A model generated the notes under the pieces. That model was not told the DNA's origin. It ran no database searches and saw only the letters and a list, made by a program, of their open reading frames with translations. DNA of 64,000 nt. Source: Terriglobia bacterium (GTDB lineage: Bacteria; Acidobacteriota; Terriglobia; Bryobacterales; Bryobacteraceae). The stretch is taken from NCBI GenBank assembly GCA_963768075.1, contig CAVYHD010000022.1, positions 45,802-109,801 on the forward strand, read 5' to 3'. How positions within the stretch are numbered: the first letter of the stretch is position 1; every line of letters begins with the position of its first letter. Shown piece after piece: positions 61,824-64,000 of the stretch. Both the position numbers and the translations under genes were made by a program.

Positions 61824-64000
61824 ATGACTGAGAACGGTTCAGAATCTCTTCCATTCGAACCTCCAGAGCAGGAAAATATTCGCCTCCGTGAGGAAAATGC
61901 TCGCCTGCGGCGGCTTCTGGCGGTTCACAGCATTCCGATTCCGCAACTTGCGCCAGAGAATCCGCCTCCAGCCAAAACCGTCGAGACGGCGCCACCGGTG
62001 GACAAGGAGGAGCGTGCCAGAAAGAGAATCGCGCTGTTTCGAAGCCTGTTTCGCGGGAGAGAAGATGTCTACGCACGGCGATGGGAGAATGACGACGGCC
62101 GGTCGCGGATATATGCCGGCGGCCGTGAAGGATTGGAAGGCTATCAACAAAAGCCGCCCGGAGGAGCGGAAGAAAGTCGACCAGAAGACACGGAAGTTCC
62201 TCCCAATGACCGACGCCGTCATCGAGAACCACCTCTTGGGCAAGGAGACCGTTGGCGTGTATCCGCTCCTGCCCGACGAAACGTGCTGGTTTCTCGCGGC
62301 AGACTTCGACAAGAAGACGTGGGAGTATGACTCCCAGGCTTTCCTTGAGACCTGCCAGGAGTTGAGTGTGCCCGCTGCCCTGGAGCGTTCTCGTTCCGGG
62401 AAGGGCGGCCACATTTGGATCTTCTTTGATCGTGCGCTGCCGGCGATTACCGCGCGCAAACTGGGATGCGTGATTCTCACGCGAACCATGGAGCGCAGGC
62501 ATCAGCTCGGTCTCGATTCCTACGATCGCTTTTTCCCCAACCAGGACACGATGCCCAAGGGAGGGTTCGGGAACCTGATTGCGCTCCCCTTGCAGTTTGC
62601 GCCGCGCAAGTCGGGTAACAGCGTGTTCATTGACTCCGACTTCCACCCTTATCCCGACCAATGGCAGTTTCTTTCGACGATTCGACGAATGCCGGCCGAC
62701 GCCGCGGAGGAGATCGTTGCGGAAGCTCAGCGCAAAGGCGACCTGATCGGAGTCCGGATGAGCATCGCCGATGACGAGGGTGCACAGGACCCGTGGACTT
62801 TGCCGCCTTCCCGCAAGCGAAGGGAGCGGCCAATCGAAGGGCCGCTGCCAAAGAGTGTTCAGATCGTTCGCGCGAATCTTGTTTACGTGGAAAAGAAGGA
62901 TCTACCACCAGCCATGCTGAATCGGCTACTCCGGCTGGCAGCATTTCAGAACCCCGAGTTTTACAAGGCTCAGGCGATGCGGCTTTCGACGTACGACAAG
63001 CCGCGCGTGATCGCGTGCGGCCAGGAATTCGCCCAGCACATCGCGGTGCCTCGTGGATGTCTGACGGAGACGTTGGCTCTCCTTGAGGCGCACAAGATTC
63101 GGCCAGAAGTTCGCGACGAACGGTACTCAGGCACAGCGATTGAAGCGGAGTTCCAAGGTCAGCTTCGACCGTTCCAGGAGGAAGCGGTCGCGAAGATCAC
63201 TGCACATGACGAAGGTATCCTCTGTGCTCCGACCGCATTCGGGAAAACCGCCGTTGCGGCGTGGCTGATTGCGAAACGCAAGGTCAACACTCTGGTCGTC
63301 GTTCACCGGCAGCAGTTGCTCGATCAGTGGCAGGAGCGCCTGGGGATGTTCTTGGATCTGCCAGCCAAATCGATCGGGCACATCGGTGGAGGGAAAACGG
63401 AACGGACCGGGTGCGTGGACGTCGCCGTCATCCAAAGCCTGTATCGAAAAGACGAAGTGAAGGACTTCGTTGCTGAATACGGCCAGGTGATCGTCGACGA
63501 ATGCCACCACATATCTGCTTTTACGTTCGAACAGGTGATGAGGCAGGTGAAGGCCAAATATGTTGTCGGCCTGACCGCAACGCCTACACGGAAAGACGGG
63601 CACCATCCGATCATTTACATGCAGTGTGGCCCCGTGCGGTTCAGCATGAGCGCCCGGACGATGACCGAAACGACGCCTTTCGAGCACAAGGTGACTCCCC
63701 GCCATACGGAGTTCCGGATGGCGCCCGACCTTACCGAGGTCACGATTCAGGACATCTACGCCGCGCTCGTCGATGATGCCTCGCGCAACGAGATGATCGC
63801 CAACGATATCGTAGCGCGCCATAGAATCGGGACGTTGCCCGCTGCTTCTGACCGGCCGGACAGAGCATCTTCAGTATTTCGCATCCAAACTTGCAGGTGT
63901 TGCCAAGCACGTCTTCGTTTTGAAGGGTGGCATGGGGAAGAAGCAGCGCCGGGCAACCGCGGCGGCGCTGGCATCAGTGCCGGAAGATGAATCGCGGGTT
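61824..64000 (+). pseudogene. Archaeo-eukaryotic-primase (AEP/PrimPol)-like domain fused to an SF2 (DEAH/type III restriction-like) helicase; 3' end outside window; 2 frame breaks
   Basis: N-terminal coiled coil 'ENIRLREENARLRRLL' and 'LFRSLFRGREDVYARRWE'. AEP motif I is 'WFLAADFDKK' and motif II is 'ERSRSGKGGHIWIFF', followed by 'GGFGNLIALPLQ'. Helicase motifs are Walker A 'APTAFGKTAVA', 'VIVDECHHI' and 'GLTATPTR'. Breaks lie near 62105 and 63815. After the second break the frame continues 'AIESGRCPLLLTGRTEHLQYFASKL...' to the window end. Confidence 0.8.

Noticed and set aside
1-64000. CRISPR arrays, rRNA and tRNA genes
   Set aside because: No regularly spaced direct repeats of 25-40 nt and no rRNA-like or cloverleaf-compatible segments were seen in any intergenic region inspected. 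The regions checked were 343-545, 1649-1764, 2098-2327, 9617-9834, 19055-19210, 28011-28152, 31382-31627, 35450-35673, 37243-37725, 42562-42866, 52790-52983, 55757-56231, 57167-57444 and 60218-60320.

Overview
High-GC (roughly 60%) bacterial chromosomal segment. The gene content suggests Acidobacteriota of the Solibacter/Bryobacter type; this is inference from recognised families, not a search. The supporting families are carboxypeptidase-regulatory-domain TonB receptors, PSCyt/DUF1549/DUF1553 plus DUF1501 pairs, a CRTAC1 FG-GAP/ASPIC protein, a Solibacter-type C-terminal domain, many TPR proteins and an ECF sigma/anti-sigma pair.

The window falls into four parts:
- 1-9.7 kb: accessory genes, including a cluster whose domain set mirrors the Campylobacter O-methyl-phosphoramidate donor pathway. 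It holds an APS-kinase-like domain fused to a PPDK-like kinase, a cytidylyltransferase-like gene, a SAM methyltransferase and a sulfotransferase-fold gene.
- 9.8-39 kb: cleanly reading housekeeping and catabolic genes. These include cytochrome c with a PQQ dehydrogenase, a Tat flavoprotein, a TonB receptor, and a lactonase / enolase-superfamily / SDR / SelA-like cluster under an AraC regulator.
- 39-52.8 kb: a VOC-PP2C phosphatase, an esterase, and a GH2 glycosidase flanked by two TonB receptors.
- 53-64 kb: a scarred mobile/defence-type island.

The island contains:
- three truncated gene remnants;
- two AbiEi/AbiEii modules, one decayed and one intact;
- a RecB/Cas4-like nuclease ORF running into a start-less IS66-type transposase ORF;
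- an archaeo-eukaryotic-primase-like plus SF2 helicase giant ORF, tightly coupled to the intact AbiE pair and running off the window.

This last module is my best candidate for an under-described system.

About 38 single-base frame breaks are concentrated in a subset of genes, while about 29 kb reads perfectly. Every 'pseudogene' call below therefore carries the caveat that it may be an assembly indel. No rRNA, tRNA or CRISPR array was seen. All frame-break positions and motif matches were read by eye.
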